From Comamonadaceae bacterium (GTDB taxonomy: Bacteria > Pseudomonadota > Gammaproteobacteria > Burkholderiales > Burkholderiaceae_C): 47,317 nt of DNA. Below the pieces are notes generated by a model. The model saw nothing but the letters and a program-made list of their open reading frames with translations. It ran no database searches and was not told where the DNA came from. The position numbers and the translations under genes are program-made. Below are positions 8,500-17,720 of the stretch, in pieces; position 1 is the stretch's first letter, and every line of letters starts with the position of its first letter. Where the stretch lies: positions 1 to 47,317 of the forward strand of contig CANHZG010000001.1 of NCBI GenBank assembly GCA_947464995.1. Direction: 5' to 3'.

Positions 8500-10860
8500 C
8501 TATTGTTCCACGATCGGTTCCACGATCACAATCGGCGCCGCACCTGGCGCGTAGGGCCGCACGCGCCCAATCACGCAGGCCTGCGCGTAGCCCTGGGCGC
8601 GCAGCGCATCAATGCAGGCCGGGGCTTGGTCTGCGGGCACGCCAGCGAGCAGGCCACCGGCCGTTTGGGGGTCCAGTAGCAGGGCGGAATGGGTGCGCTG
8701 TTGCGGCGAGTGCCGCGTCGCGTCAGGCCCGAGCCAGCGCTGAGCCGACTGGGCGTTGGCGCTGTGCAAGGAGCTGGTCTGGCCCGCAGCAAGGCATTCC
8801 AGCGCGCCGTCAAGTGCGGGCACGGCTTTCAGGTCAATCTCTGCACGCACGACTGAGGCCTGCACCATTTCGGCCAGGTGGCCAAGCAAACCAAACCCAG
8901 TTACATCGGTGCAGCAACGCGCGCCGTGTGCGGCCAAGGTGGCGGCAGCGGCTTGGCTGGACTGCCCCATGCTGTGCAGCGCCGCCTGCACCCAGCGCCC
9001 GCGCGCCCGGCCCAAGCCATGGGCTGCAAACACGGTGCCGGTCCCCAGGGGTTTGGTCAACACCAGCACATCACCCGATTGCAGGCCGGCTTTGCGCAGC
9101 AGGGCGCGCGGCTCGCCACGGGCGTCCACATCGATGAGGCCGTTGATGGCAAAACCCAAGGCCAGTTCCTGGCCCTCCCCGGTGTGGCCGCCCACCAAGG
9201 TGCAGCCTGCGGCGTTGAGCACTTCGACTGCGCCGGTCATCATTTGCGAGAGTAGCGCCTGGGTTTGGCGGTCTATGCCTGGGGGCACCGTGGCAATGGC
9301 TGTTGCGGTGTGGGCTTGGGCGCCCATGGCAAAAATATCACCCAAAGCGTGGTTGGCGGCGATGCGGCCAAAGAGGTAGGGGTCGTCTACAAAGGCGCGG
9401 AAAAAATCTACGGTTTGCACCACTGCCTTGCCCGCCGGCACACGCACCACGGCCGCGTCGTCGGGCGCATGCAGGCCAATGAGTACATCGGCGTTGGCCA
9501 GCGGCTGCAAGCCCGCTAGGGCCTGGGACAAGACGCTGGCGCCGACCTTGGCGCCGCATCCGCCGCATCGCATGGCCTGGGCAGCCTGCGCTTGCAGCGC
9601 CTCTTGCGCACTGAGCCCCGTCACGCTGGTAGCTTGCACGCTGAGCCCCGCTACGCTGGCAGCTTGCACGCTGCCAAGGGCCCTGCTGCCCATGCCCGGG
9701 GCGCCCAGATCGGTAAAACGGTGCATGAAACGTCGGTCGATGTGGTCCTTCCAGCGCCAGACCCAGGCCCCGGCAAAGCCCAGTGCCCCGCGCGATGCCA
9801 CGGCGTAGCGGTCACCGGTGCTGATCAGTGCCAGCCAGCGGGCTTGCGCGCGGTAGGGTTGCAGGGCCTGGCCCGTGAGCGCTCGGCGCAGATTGCGCGC
9901 CAGCGGCATGCCCATGCGCACGGCAAAAACGCCGGCTTTTTCCAGGCTACGGTTGTCCAGGCTGGCCACATCACCGGCGGCAAATATGCGCGCGTCGCTG
10001 ATCGACTGCAGTTGTGCATTTACCCGCACGCAGCCGGCCGCGTCCAGTTCTAGTCCGGTGCCCTCAAGCCACGCGCCGCCAGCGGCCTGCGTGACCCAAA
10101 AAACCGTGTCCGCCGCGTGCCATGTGCCGTCCGCGCTGCGCAGACCCTGGGCGTTGACGCATTCCACGCGCGTGTTTAGGTGCACTTGCACCGCCCGCTG
10201 ACGCAGCACGGCGGCAAACCGGCGCTGCACGCCGGTGTTGTGCGTGGGCAATACCGACGCCGTGGCCGAAAAAAGCGAAAACTGCGGCGCGGGCACGGCG
10301 CCACCGAGCGCCTGGGCTTCGGCGCGCAAGCGGTATTGCATGGCCAGCAGCAACTCCACGCCCCCCGCACCGGCGCCCACTACCGCGATATGGCGAGGGC
10401 CTTGTCCGGCGCGCACCGCTGCCAATAAGGCCAACCAGCGCTGGTTGAACGCGGCAATGGGCTTGACGCTGACCGCGTGCGCGTCGGCACCCGTGATGTG
10501 CGTGGTGTGGGGTGTGGAGCCGGTGTTGATAGACACCAGGTCATAGTCCAGGGGCGGGCGGTCTGCCAGCAGCACCTGGCGCCGCTCACGGTCCAGACCG
10601 GTGACCTGGGCGCGCACAAAGCGCGCCCCGGCAAATACGCACAGGCGCACCAGGTCCAGGTGCACCGCATCAAAGTCGTAGTGCCCGGCCACATAGCCGG
10701 GCAGCATGCCCGAGTACGGCGTGTGCGCATCGGTGCAAACCAAGGTGATGCGCAGCCCGGCCAGGGGCTGCATGCCAAAAGCCTTGAGCACGCCCACATG
10801 GCTGTGGCCGCCGCCCACCAGGACCAGGTCGCGCAGGATGGGAGGGGCGGCTGCTTGCAT
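8500..10860 (-). CDS. selD: Selenide,water dikinase SelD fused to an N-terminal FAD-dependent oxidoreductase domain (786 aa)
   Basis: N-terminal LVLVGGGHSH, YSGMLPG, IFAAGD; C-terminal MRCGGCGAKV, DDAAV, QTVDFF, GRIAANHALGDIFAMG, LVGGHT, LTKPLGTG, TDVTGFGLLGHL, DPQTAGGLL. Start at ATG 10860. Confidence 0.9.
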   Translation of the reverse strand: MQAAAPPILRDLVLVGGGHSHVGVLKAFGMQPLAGLRITLVCTDAHTPYSGMLPGYVAGHYDFDAVHLDLVRLCVFAGARFVRAQVTGLDRERRQVLLADRPPLDYDLVSINTGSTPHTTHITGADAHAVSVKPIAAFNQRWLALLAAVRAGQGPRHIAVVGAGAGGVELLLAMQYRLRAEAQALGGAVPAPQFSLFSATASVLPTHNTGVQRRFAAVLRQRAVQVHLNTRVECVNAQGLRSADGTWHAADTVFWVTQAAGGAWLEGTGLELDAAGCVRVNAQLQSISDARIFAAGDVASLDNRSLEKAGVFAVRMGMPLARNLRRALTGQALQPYRAQARWLALISTGDRYAVASRGALGFAGAWVWRWKDHIDRRFMHRFTDLGAPGMGSRALGSVQAASVAGLSVQATSVTGLSAQEALQAQAAQAMRCGGCGAKVGASVLSQALAGLQPLANADVLIGLHAPDDAAVVRVPAGKAVVQTVDFFRAFVDDPYLFGRIAANHALGDIFAMGAQAHTATAIATVPPGIDRQTQALLSQMMTGAVEVLNAAGCTLVGGHTGEGQELALGFAINGLIDVDARGEPRALLRKAGLQSGDVLVLTKPLGTGTVFAAHGLGRARGRWVQAALHSMGQSSQAAAATLAAHGARCCTDVTGFGLLGHLAEMVQASVVRAEIDLKAVPALDGALECLAAGQTSSLHSANAQSAQRWLGPDATRHSPQQRTHSALLLDPQTAGGLLAGVPADQAPACIDALRAQGYAQACVIGRVRPYAPGAAPIVIVEPIVEQ
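9611..9673. repeat. 30-bp tandem duplication in the selD inter-domain linker
   Basis: ctgagccccgtcacgctggtagcttgcacg / ctgagccccgctacgctggcagcttgcacg / ctg; encodes SVQAASVAGL-SVQATSVTGL. Confidence 0.9.
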
Positions 10861-10888
10861 GGGCTTGATTGTGGCGCCGGGCGGCACC

Positions 10889-13099
10889 TCAGCCCCGGCG
10901 CCAACTGTGAAAACGCCGCGCCCAGCGCAGCAAGACTGCCGGCGTGTGCTGGCGCCGCCAGACACCAGCGGCATACTTATTGGCCTCCGACAAGGTGGGG
11001 TAGCTGTGCACCGCGCCCAAGATGGCTGATACGCCCAGACCCTTGCCCATGGCCAACACCCACTCAGCCAGCAGCTCCGCGCCCTGGGGCGCAACGATGG
11101 TCACACCCAAAATGCGGTCTTTGCCCGGCACCGTGAGCACCTGCACAAAGCCCGTGGGTGGCGCCGCGCCCGCGCCGCCGTTGCACAGCGCGCGGTCCAG
11201 GTCGGCCAGGTCGTAGCGGCTGATTTCATAGGCCACACCCTGGCGAAGCGCCTGCTTTTCATTCAGGCCCACGCGCGCCACCTGGGGCTCGACAAAGGTG
11301 GCGCTGGGGATGGCCCGGTAGTCCACCCGCGTGCGCCGTATGTCGCCAAACAGGGCGTTCACCGTGGCGTACCAGGCCTGGTGCGCCGCAGTGTGGGTGA
11401 ACTGGTAGGGCCCGGCCACGTCGCCCGCTGCGTAAATGTTGGGGAAAACGGTCTGCAAGTAGTCGTTGGTTTGCACCGTGTGGTCCACGGCCAGGCCCAG
11501 GGCTTCAAGGCCATAGCCGCTCAGGCGCGCTTTGCGACCTACGGCGCAGACCAAGAGGTCAAACGCCAGCGTGTGCTGCTGCCCGGCGTGCTCCAGCAGC
11601 ACGGTTTTTTCCCGCGCAGGGTCGGCGCCCTCCCAGGCGCAGCGCAGCGCCCGGTGCGCCGTTTTCACCACCACACCGTCGGCCGTAAGCGCCTGCTGCA
11701 CCAGGGCGCAGACCGCGTCGTCTTCGCGCTCGAGCACCTGCGGGGCGCTCTCGACCAGGGTGACGGCAGCACCCAGGCGCGCAAAGGCCTGGGCCAGCTC
11801 ACAGCCCACCGGACCGCCACCCAACACCACGATGCGCCGGGGCAGCGTGCTGCACTGCGCGAGCTGCTCCCACAGCGTGTCGCTGGTGGCAAAGCCCACG
11901 TCTTGCAGCCCCGGCAGATCGGGCACGATGGGTTGGGCGCCTGCGGCAATCACCACGCTGCGGGTGGTGATGCGTTGCAAGGCACCATCGGCACCGCGCA
12001 CCTCCACGGTCCAGGGGTTGACCAGGGTGGCGTGGCCTTGCAGCACCTGCACGCCCAAGTCGGTGTAGCGCTGCACGCTGTCGTGCGGGGCGATGCGCGC
12101 AATGACCTCGTTCACCCGGCGCATGACAGCGATAAAGTCGATTTGCGGGGGGGTGCTCAGCACGCCAAACTGCGCCGCGTTGCGCACCTGGTGTGCCACC
12201 TGGGCGCTTTGTATCAAGGCCTTGCTGGGCACGCAACCGAGGTTGAGGCAGTCGCCACCCAGCGTGCGGGCTTCTACTAAGGTGACTTTGGCCTGGGCGG
12301 CAGCGGCGATGTATGCCGACACCAAGCCGCCAGCACCTGCGCCAATGACCACCAGGTTGCGGTCAAAGCGCCGGGGGCGTTGGCTGCGCCAGGGCGCCAG
12401 CACGCGGCGCTTGCGCCACCCCTGCAGCACCCGGCTGCTGGCCCACGGCAGCAGCGCAAACACGACTCCGAGCGCTGCCAGAGCCGCCCCCACCCGTGGC
12501 GTAAGAACGTCGGCGCTTGACTGGATGGCCGCCAGTTGCGTACCCGCCTGGACGAACAAGGCGGTGCTGGCCAGCATGCCGACTTGGCTGACCACATAAA
12601 AGGTGCGCGTGCGCATACTTGTTAGGCCCATTGCCAGGTTGATCAGCCCAAAGGGCACCAGCGGAATCAGGCGCAGGCTGAGCAAATAGATGGCCCCTTC
12701 GCGTGTAAGGCGCGCTTGCATGGCCACCACGCGCGGCCCCATGCGGGCGTGTACCAGGTCGCGCAGCGCGTAGCGTGCCAGCAAAAACGACAAGGTCGCG
12801 CCCAGGCTGGAGGCAAAAGACACCAGCACCAAGCCCCAGCCAAAACCCAGCAGCGCCCCTGCGGCTAGCGTGAGCACCGCAACGCCGGGCAGGGACAGGG
12901 CCGCGCACACCAGGTAGAGCGCAAAAAAGCTGGCCCGCACTGCCCAAGGCGACTGGGCATGCCAGTCGAGCAGCTCCGCGCGCTGTTGCTGCAACGTCGA
13001 TAGGTTCAGCACTGGCGTGCTATCACTGGCCCACAGCCAGGCCAACAGGGCCAATAGGCACAGCAGCGCCAGCTTCCAGGCCCGCTGCGATTTAGCCAT
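10889..13099 (-). CDS. TVP38/TMEM64 (VTT/DedA) domain fused to a class-I flavoprotein disulfide reductase (dihydrolipoamide dehydrogenase-like), 736 aa
   Basis: N-terminal ALSLPG..VLTLAAGALLG, LLSLRLIPLVPF.LIN..MGLT; C-terminal VIGAGAGG, GGDCLNLGCVPSK, VLGGGPVGCELAQ, IYAAGDV, HSYPTLSE. Start at ATG 13099. Confidence 0.9.
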   Translation of the reverse strand: MAKSQRAWKLALLCLLALLAWLWASDSTPVLNLSTLQQQRAELLDWHAQSPWAVRASFFALYLVCAALSLPGVAVLTLAAGALLGFGWGLVLVSFASSLGATLSFLLARYALRDLVHARMGPRVVAMQARLTREGAIYLLSLRLIPLVPFGLINLAMGLTSMRTRTFYVVSQVGMLASTALFVQAGTQLAAIQSSADVLTPRVGAALAALGVVFALLPWASSRVLQGWRKRRVLAPWRSQRPRRFDRNLVVIGAGAGGLVSAYIAAAAQAKVTLVEARTLGGDCLNLGCVPSKALIQSAQVAHQVRNAAQFGVLSTPPQIDFIAVMRRVNEVIARIAPHDSVQRYTDLGVQVLQGHATLVNPWTVEVRGADGALQRITTRSVVIAAGAQPIVPDLPGLQDVGFATSDTLWEQLAQCSTLPRRIVVLGGGPVGCELAQAFARLGAAVTLVESAPQVLEREDDAVCALVQQALTADGVVVKTAHRALRCAWEGADPAREKTVLLEHAGQQHTLAFDLLVCAVGRKARLSGYGLEALGLAVDHTVQTNDYLQTVFPNIYAAGDVAGPYQFTHTAAHQAWYATVNALFGDIRRTRVDYRAIPSATFVEPQVARVGLNEKQALRQGVAYEISRYDLADLDRALCNGGAGAAPPTGFVQVLTVPGKDRILGVTIVAPQGAELLAEWVLAMGKGLGVSAILGAVHSYPTLSEANKYAAGVWRRQHTPAVLLRWARRFHSWRRG

Positions 13100-13736
13100 G
13101 GGCTGGGCCTGTGGGCGGGCGCAAAGGCGATTCAGAGAAAGTGCGAATGCCCCAGGCGACCCGCGTTGCCACCGTGACCGCACATAGCGCTGCAAAGCCA
13201 TAGGCCAACGCGGGAAAGTGCGCCGGCCACAGCGCCATGGCGCAAAACACGGCCAGGGTCTCGGTACCCTCGGTCAGGCCGCCCAAAAAGTAGAACGACT
13301 TGCGGCTGGCGGTGGCCGGGGCCAGCCCGCGCTTGGCCGCGAACACCGCAAAGGCCAGAAAGCTACTGCCCGTGCCCACAAACGCGGCCAGCAAAACGGC
13401 AGCGGGCAAGGCGTTGGCCTGCGGATCGGCCAGCGCGAAAGCCAGCGGCACGCTGGCGTAAAAAACAAAGTCTAGGGTGATGTCCAAAAAAGCCCCCAGG
13501 TCGGTGGCCTGGGTTTGCCGCGCCACCGCGCCGTCGAGTGCATCGCAGCTGCGCGACAGCGCCATCAACGCCAGGCCCAAGTGGTACTGCCCGCTGGCCA
13601 TGCAGGCGCTGGCGCACAGGCCCAAGGCCAAACCCAGCCAGGTCAAAGTATTGGCGCCCACCCCCGCGCGTGCCAGTGGCCGGGCCAGGGCGTCAACCAG
13701 GGGCGCGATCAGGCGGGTTGTAAAGCGGTCAAGCAT
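13092..13736 (-). CDS. CDP-alcohol phosphatidyltransferase family protein (YnjF-like)
   Basis: ANTLT motif and DALDGAVAR...GAFLDITLD signature; KSFYFLGGLTEGTET resembles YnjF-type proteins. Confidence 0.9.
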   Translation of the reverse strand: MLDRFTTRLIAPLVDALARPLARAGVGANTLTWLGLALGLCASACMASGQYHLGLALMALSRSCDALDGAVARQTQATDLGAFLDITLDFVFYASVPLAFALADPQANALPAAVLLAAFVGTGSSFLAFAVFAAKRGLAPATASRKSFYFLGGLTEGTETLAVFCAMALWPAHFPALAYGFAALCAVTVATRVAWGIRTFSESPLRPPTGPAHG

Positions 13737-14394
13737 GGTCGGATTGTCGGCCCAGCACCGTCAGGCGCGCCGGGTCGGCGATGTCTGCTGGGTCGTGGGT
13801 GACCAAGATGGCAGCGATGCGGCGCTGTGCAATGGCGCCAAACACCTGCTCACGCATACGCTGGCGCAGCGCTGTGTCGAGCTTGGAGAAGGGCTCGTCA
13901 AGCAGAATCGCCACCGGGCGCGCCAACAGCGCACGTGCCAGCGCCACCCGCGCGCGCTGGCCGCCCGAAAGGGTGGCGGGGTTGGCCTGCGCATAAGCCG
14001 CCAGCTCCACGTCCGCAAGCGCCTCCAAGGCTTGCTGGCGGCGCTGCGCCATGGGGCCGGGGCGCACGGCAAACAGCAGGTTTTCCAGAACGCTCAGGTG
14101 GGCGAATAGCAGGTCGTCTTGCAGCAGCAAGCCCACTGCGCGCTGGTGCGTGGGGAGCGTGTCCAGGCGTCGGCCATTGACGTGCACCGTGGCCTCGCAT
14201 CGCATGCCCGGCTCCAGCGTGCCGCAGATGGCCGCCAGCAGGCTCGACTTGCCTGAGCCGCTGGAGCCCATGATGGTGTGCACGCAGCCCGCGGGCACCG
14301 ACAGGTGCAGGTCGCTGAGCAAGGTGGACGCCGGTGTTTGGAGACGCTGCAGCGACAACTGCAGACCCAGGAACGGCGTGGCGCTGTGGTCCAT
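13729..14394 (-). CDS. ABC transporter ATP-binding protein (YnjD-like, 221 aa)
   Basis: Walker A GSSGSGKS, signature LSGGQ, Walker B LLDEPFS, H-loop VTHD. Confidence 0.92.
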   Translation of the reverse strand: MDHSATPFLGLQLSLQRLQTPASTLLSDLHLSVPAGCVHTIMGSSGSGKSSLLAAICGTLEPGMRCEATVHVNGRRLDTLPTHQRAVGLLLQDDLLFAHLSVLENLLFAVRPGPMAQRRQQALEALADVELAAYAQANPATLSGGQRARVALARALLARPVAILLDEPFSKLDTALRQRMREQVFGAIAQRRIAAILVTHDPADIADPARLTVLGRQSDHA

Positions 14395-14395
14395 G

Positions 14396-16156
14396 CTAAT
14401 GGCCTTGCGCGGCTAACCCGTCGATGTTGTGCCTTGGGGTCGCCCACTGGCGCGGCCGTGCCACCCAGGTTGCCAGCCCAAACACGGCCGCAGGCAGCAG
14501 CCAAAGCAGTGCGGCGTATGCGGCCATCAAGGACCTCTGGCCGCCACCCGACAGCGCAAGGGCTTCGGTGCCAACCGTGCTGTAGCGCCCGGCACCCACA
14601 TAGAGCGTGGGCAGGTACTGCGCCACGCTGACAGCAAAACCCACGGCAAAAGCGGCTGCCAGCGCGCCCCGCAATAGCGGCCATTTCACGCGCCAGACAA
14701 ACGGCCAGGGGCCGCAGCCCAAGGTAGCGGCCAGCGTGCGCAAGCGCGGGTCGAAACCGCTGTAAGGCCCGTGCAGCACCAAAGCCACATAGGGCAGCGC
14801 GCACAGGCTGTGCGCCAGCCACAGGCCCCAGGCGCTGGCGTCTATGCCCCAGTCCAGCGCCAAGCGGTGCAAACCCAGCGTCCACAGCACCGCAGGCAAG
14901 GCCAGGGGCAGGTACACCAACCCCCAGGCCCGCTGCTGCCAGCGTGTGGGTGCGCATTCAAACCAGGCCACGCACCACAGCACTGCCGCAGACGCGCTGG
15001 ATAGGCCCAGCCACACGGTGGTGCCCAGCGTGCCGCTGCTGCGGGCCACCTGGTCCCAGGCGTCCAGGCTCCAGGCTTGCGGCCACAGATCGGGGAAAGG
15101 CCACAGACTGGCCACGCTGGCCCAGGCCAGTGCCGCTAACACGGCGAAATAGGCGCCGTGCCACCCCGCCCGGGCTGCGTAGGCGCCGAGCTGCCGGATT
15201 TTGGTCTGGTGGACGGCCGCATGCTGGTTGGCAACGGGGCCAGGGCGGGGACCCCGGCTCCAGCGCGGGCGCGACCAGAGTGCCGTCAGAAGCCTTTGCG
15301 CCCCCGCGCCCAGCGCCACTACGACGGCCAGTACTGCCGCCAGCAGCCAGGCCGCGGCGGCGCCTTGGGCGTTTATGGCAGGGTCAGCGTCTTGCAGCCA
15401 TTGCCAGGCCAGCACCGCCAGTGGCGCTGGCGTGGTGGGTCCAATCACCAGGGCCACGTCCACCACCCCGATGCTGTAGGCCAGCACCGCCACCAAGGGC
15501 GCCAGCATCCGGGGTCGCAGTTGCGGCCAGGCCACACGCCACCAGGCGTCGGCCGCGTTGTAGCCCAGGGTCTGGGCCAAGCGCAGTTCTAAGCCCAGGC
15601 GGTGTGCTACGTCGGGGCGCTGCAGGTGGGCCGCACCAGCCCAAAGCAAAAACACCACTTCCTTGAGCACCAGCACCGCGATCAGCCCCAGGCCCCAGGG
15701 GTCTTGGGTGCTGCGCCAGGCCGGTGGTGTGTCCAGCACCAACCCCAGGGGGCCAGCTAATGGCGCCAGGGCGGCAGCGCCCCAGCGCACCAGCACCCCG
15801 CTGGGCGCGAGCAAGACCACCGCACCGATGGCAAAGGCCGCGTGCGGCACCGCCAGCATGGCCGGCAGGCGCTGCAACAGGCTCGTCCAGCGTCGGCTGC
15901 CAAAGTGGGCCGCCAGCAGCCAGGCCGCGCCAACCCATGCCAAAGCGGTTGCGGCCATACCGGTCCAAACGGCCATCCAAAGCGCAGGGGGTGTTTGCAC
16001 GTCCGTGGCCAGACCCGACCAGGCCGTGGCGCTGCCCGCTGCCAGCAACGCGCCGGTCAGGCTCCATGCCCAAGGTAGGCCCACGGCCAAGGCCAATGCC
16101 AGCGCCGCATAGTGCAGTTGTGGGGCGAAGGTTTGGGGGCTTGTAGTTGCGCTCAA
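14396..16156 (-). CDS. ABC importer fused double permease (YnjC-like)
   Basis: LAVPHAAFAIG, DPWGLGL...LKE, VVDVALVIGPT.P.PLAVL.WQW, W.FPDLWP, GFAVSVAQYLPT. Probable TTG start at 16156 overlaps the HNH stop (TTGA); start uncertain. Confidence 0.85.
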   Translation of the reverse strand: MSATTSPQTFAPQLHYAALALALAVGLPWAWSLTGALLAAGSATAWSGLATDVQTPPALWMAVWTGMAATALAWVGAAWLLAAHFGSRRWTSLLQRLPAMLAVPHAAFAIGAVVLLAPSGVLVRWGAAALAPLAGPLGLVLDTPPAWRSTQDPWGLGLIAVLVLKEVVFLLWAGAAHLQRPDVAHRLGLELRLAQTLGYNAADAWWRVAWPQLRPRMLAPLVAVLAYSIGVVDVALVIGPTTPAPLAVLAWQWLQDADPAINAQGAAAAWLLAAVLAVVVALGAGAQRLLTALWSRPRWSRGPRPGPVANQHAAVHQTKIRQLGAYAARAGWHGAYFAVLAALAWASVASLWPFPDLWPQAWSLDAWDQVARSSGTLGTTVWLGLSSASAAVLWCVAWFECAPTRWQQRAWGLVYLPLALPAVLWTLGLHRLALDWGIDASAWGLWLAHSLCALPYVALVLHGPYSGFDPRLRTLAATLGCGPWPFVWRVKWPLLRGALAAAFAVGFAVSVAQYLPTLYVGAGRYSTVGTEALALSGGGQRSLMAAYAALLWLLPAAVFGLATWVARPRQWATPRHNIDGLAAQGH

Positions 16157-16377
16157 GGTGGTGTGCTGCTGCCGTGGCGCTGCTGGTTGCACCGGGCGTG
16201 GCTGATGGCCAGATTGTCCAGGTGGCTGCTGCCGCCCTGGCTCAAGGCTTGTATGTGCTCCAGCGTCGCGTCCTCGCGCGCCACGTGCTCAGCGCACACC
16301 CAGCAGGGCACCACCCCATGCAGTTGGCGGGCAACGGTTTTGTAGATCTTGTCGCGGGTCAGGGCCAGTCGGCTCAC
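16153..16377 (-). CDS. Small HNH endonuclease-family protein (74 aa)
   Basis: CWVC...TLEHI..LSQGG....DNL..SHARCNQQR; GTG start with GAGG upstream. Confidence 0.85.
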   Translation of the reverse strand: MSRLALTRDKIYKTVARQLHGVVPCWVCAEHVAREDATLEHIQALSQGGSSHLDNLAISHARCNQQRHGSSTPP

Positions 16378-16415
16378 ATCAGCACCTCAGAGGCGGCGAG
16401 GTCCGGGGCCTGCTG

Positions 16416-17720
16416 TCACAACTGGGCAAAGATGTCGGCCGCATGGGCCACGGTTTGGGCAATGTCGGCCTCGCTGTGCGCGGCGCTCATGAAACCGGCT
16501 TCGTACAGAGCCGGGGCGAAGTACACCCCACGCTCGAGCATGCCGTGGAACAGGGTGTTGAAGCGGGCGTTGTCCGTGGTCATCACTTTGGCGTAGTTTT
16601 GCGGCAGATCGGGGAACAAGAAAAATCCGAACATGCCGCCCTCGCTGTCGCCACTAAATGGCACACCTGCGGCGTCGGCAGCGCCTTGCAGGCCGCTCAC
16701 CAGGGCGCGGGTTTTGCGCGCCAGATCGTCGTAAAAGCCGGGTTTGCTGATTTCGCGCAGGGTCGCCAGCCCGCAGGCGGTGGCCACCGGGTTGCCCGAC
16801 AAAGTACCGGCCTGGTAGACCGTGCCCAGCGGTGCGAGGTGCTCCATGACCGCGCGCTTGGCGCCAAAGGCCGCTAGCGGCATGCCCCCGCCAATGACCT
16901 TGCCCATCACCGTCATGTCCGGTGCAAAGCCGGGGATTTCCCGCGCATACACGCTTTGCGCGCCGCCTAAAGCGACCCGAAAGCCGGTCATCACCTCGTC
17001 AAACACCAGCAAAGCGCCGTACTGCGTGCACAGCTCGCGGCAGCGCCGCATAAAGGGCAGCGATGCGCGCACAAAATTCATATTGCCCGCAATAGGCTCG
17101 ATCATCAGACAGGCCAGGTCGGGGCCGTGCTGCACAAAGGCTTCTTCGAGCTGCGCCAGGTTGTTGTACTCGAGCACCAGCGTGTGCTGCACCACCTCGG
17201 GCGGCACACCGGCGCTGGTCGGGTTGCCAAACGTAGCCAGGCCGGAGCCCGCTTTGACCAAGAGCGCATCGGCGTGGCCGTGGTAACAGCCTTCGAACTT
17301 AATAAGTTTGTTGCGCCCGGTGGCGCCGCGCGCCAGGCGAATGGCGCTCATCGCCGCTTCGGTGCCCGAGCTCACCAGGCGCACCATGTCCATGCTGGGC
17401 ACGTGTTTCAAAATTTCTTCGGCCAGTTCGACTTCGCGTTCGGTGGGCGCGCCAAAGGAAAAGCCGTCCAGCAGTGCCTTTTGCACTGCCTCTACCACCG
17501 CCGGATGGCCGTGGCCCAAGATCATAGGCCCCCAGGAGCCGATGTAGTCGATGTAGCGCTGGCCATTGGCGTCCCAAAAGTACGCGCCCTGCGCACGCGA
17601 CACAAAACGTGGCGTGCCGCCCACGGCCTTGAAGGCGCGCACCGGCGAGTTGACTCCGCCAGGGATAACACGGGCGGCGCGTTGGAACAGGGCGAGGTTG
17701 TGGTCAGTGTCGGGTTTCAT
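16416..17720 (-). CDS. hemL: Glutamate-1-semialdehyde 2,1-aminomutase
   Basis: [54 protein letters not shown]. Confidence 0.97.
   Translation of the reverse strand: MKPDTDHNLALFQRAARVIPGGVNSPVRAFKAVGGTPRFVSRAQGAYFWDANGQRYIDYIGSWGPMILGHGHPAVVEAVQKALLDGFSFGAPTEREVELAEEILKHVPSMDMVRLVSSGTEAAMSAIRLARGATGRNKLIKFEGCYHGHADALLVKAGSGLATFGNPTSAGVPPEVVQHTLVLEYNNLAQLEEAFVQHGPDLACLMIEPIAGNMNFVRASLPFMRRCRELCTQYGALLVFDEVMTGFRVALGGAQSVYAREIPGFAPDMTVMGKVIGGGMPLAAFGAKRAVMEHLAPLGTVYQAGTLSGNPVATACGLATLREISKPGFYDDLARKTRALVSGLQGAADAAGVPFSGDSEGGMFGFFLFPDLPQNYAKVMTTDNARFNTLFHGMLERGVYFAPALYEAGFMSAAHSEADIAQTVAHAADIFAQL

Noticed and set aside
8505-8527. 11-bp direct repeat GTTCCACGATC at the selD 3' end
   Set aside because: Two short copies encoding IVEP/IVEQ; too short to call a mobile-element footprint.
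8500-10860. Selenocysteine (UGA) recoding in selD, or a selenoneine senABC cluster
   Set aside because: The frame is open with Cys codons at the active site and no SenA- or SenB-like genes flank it.
10889-13099. Mercuric reductase merA
   Set aside because: No C-terminal Cys-Cys pair, no NmerA domain and no mer genes nearby.
13092-13736. Phosphatidylcholine synthase fed by choXWV
   Set aside because: The genes are about 12 kb apart with housekeeping genes between them, and the protein looks YnjF-like rather than Pcs-like.
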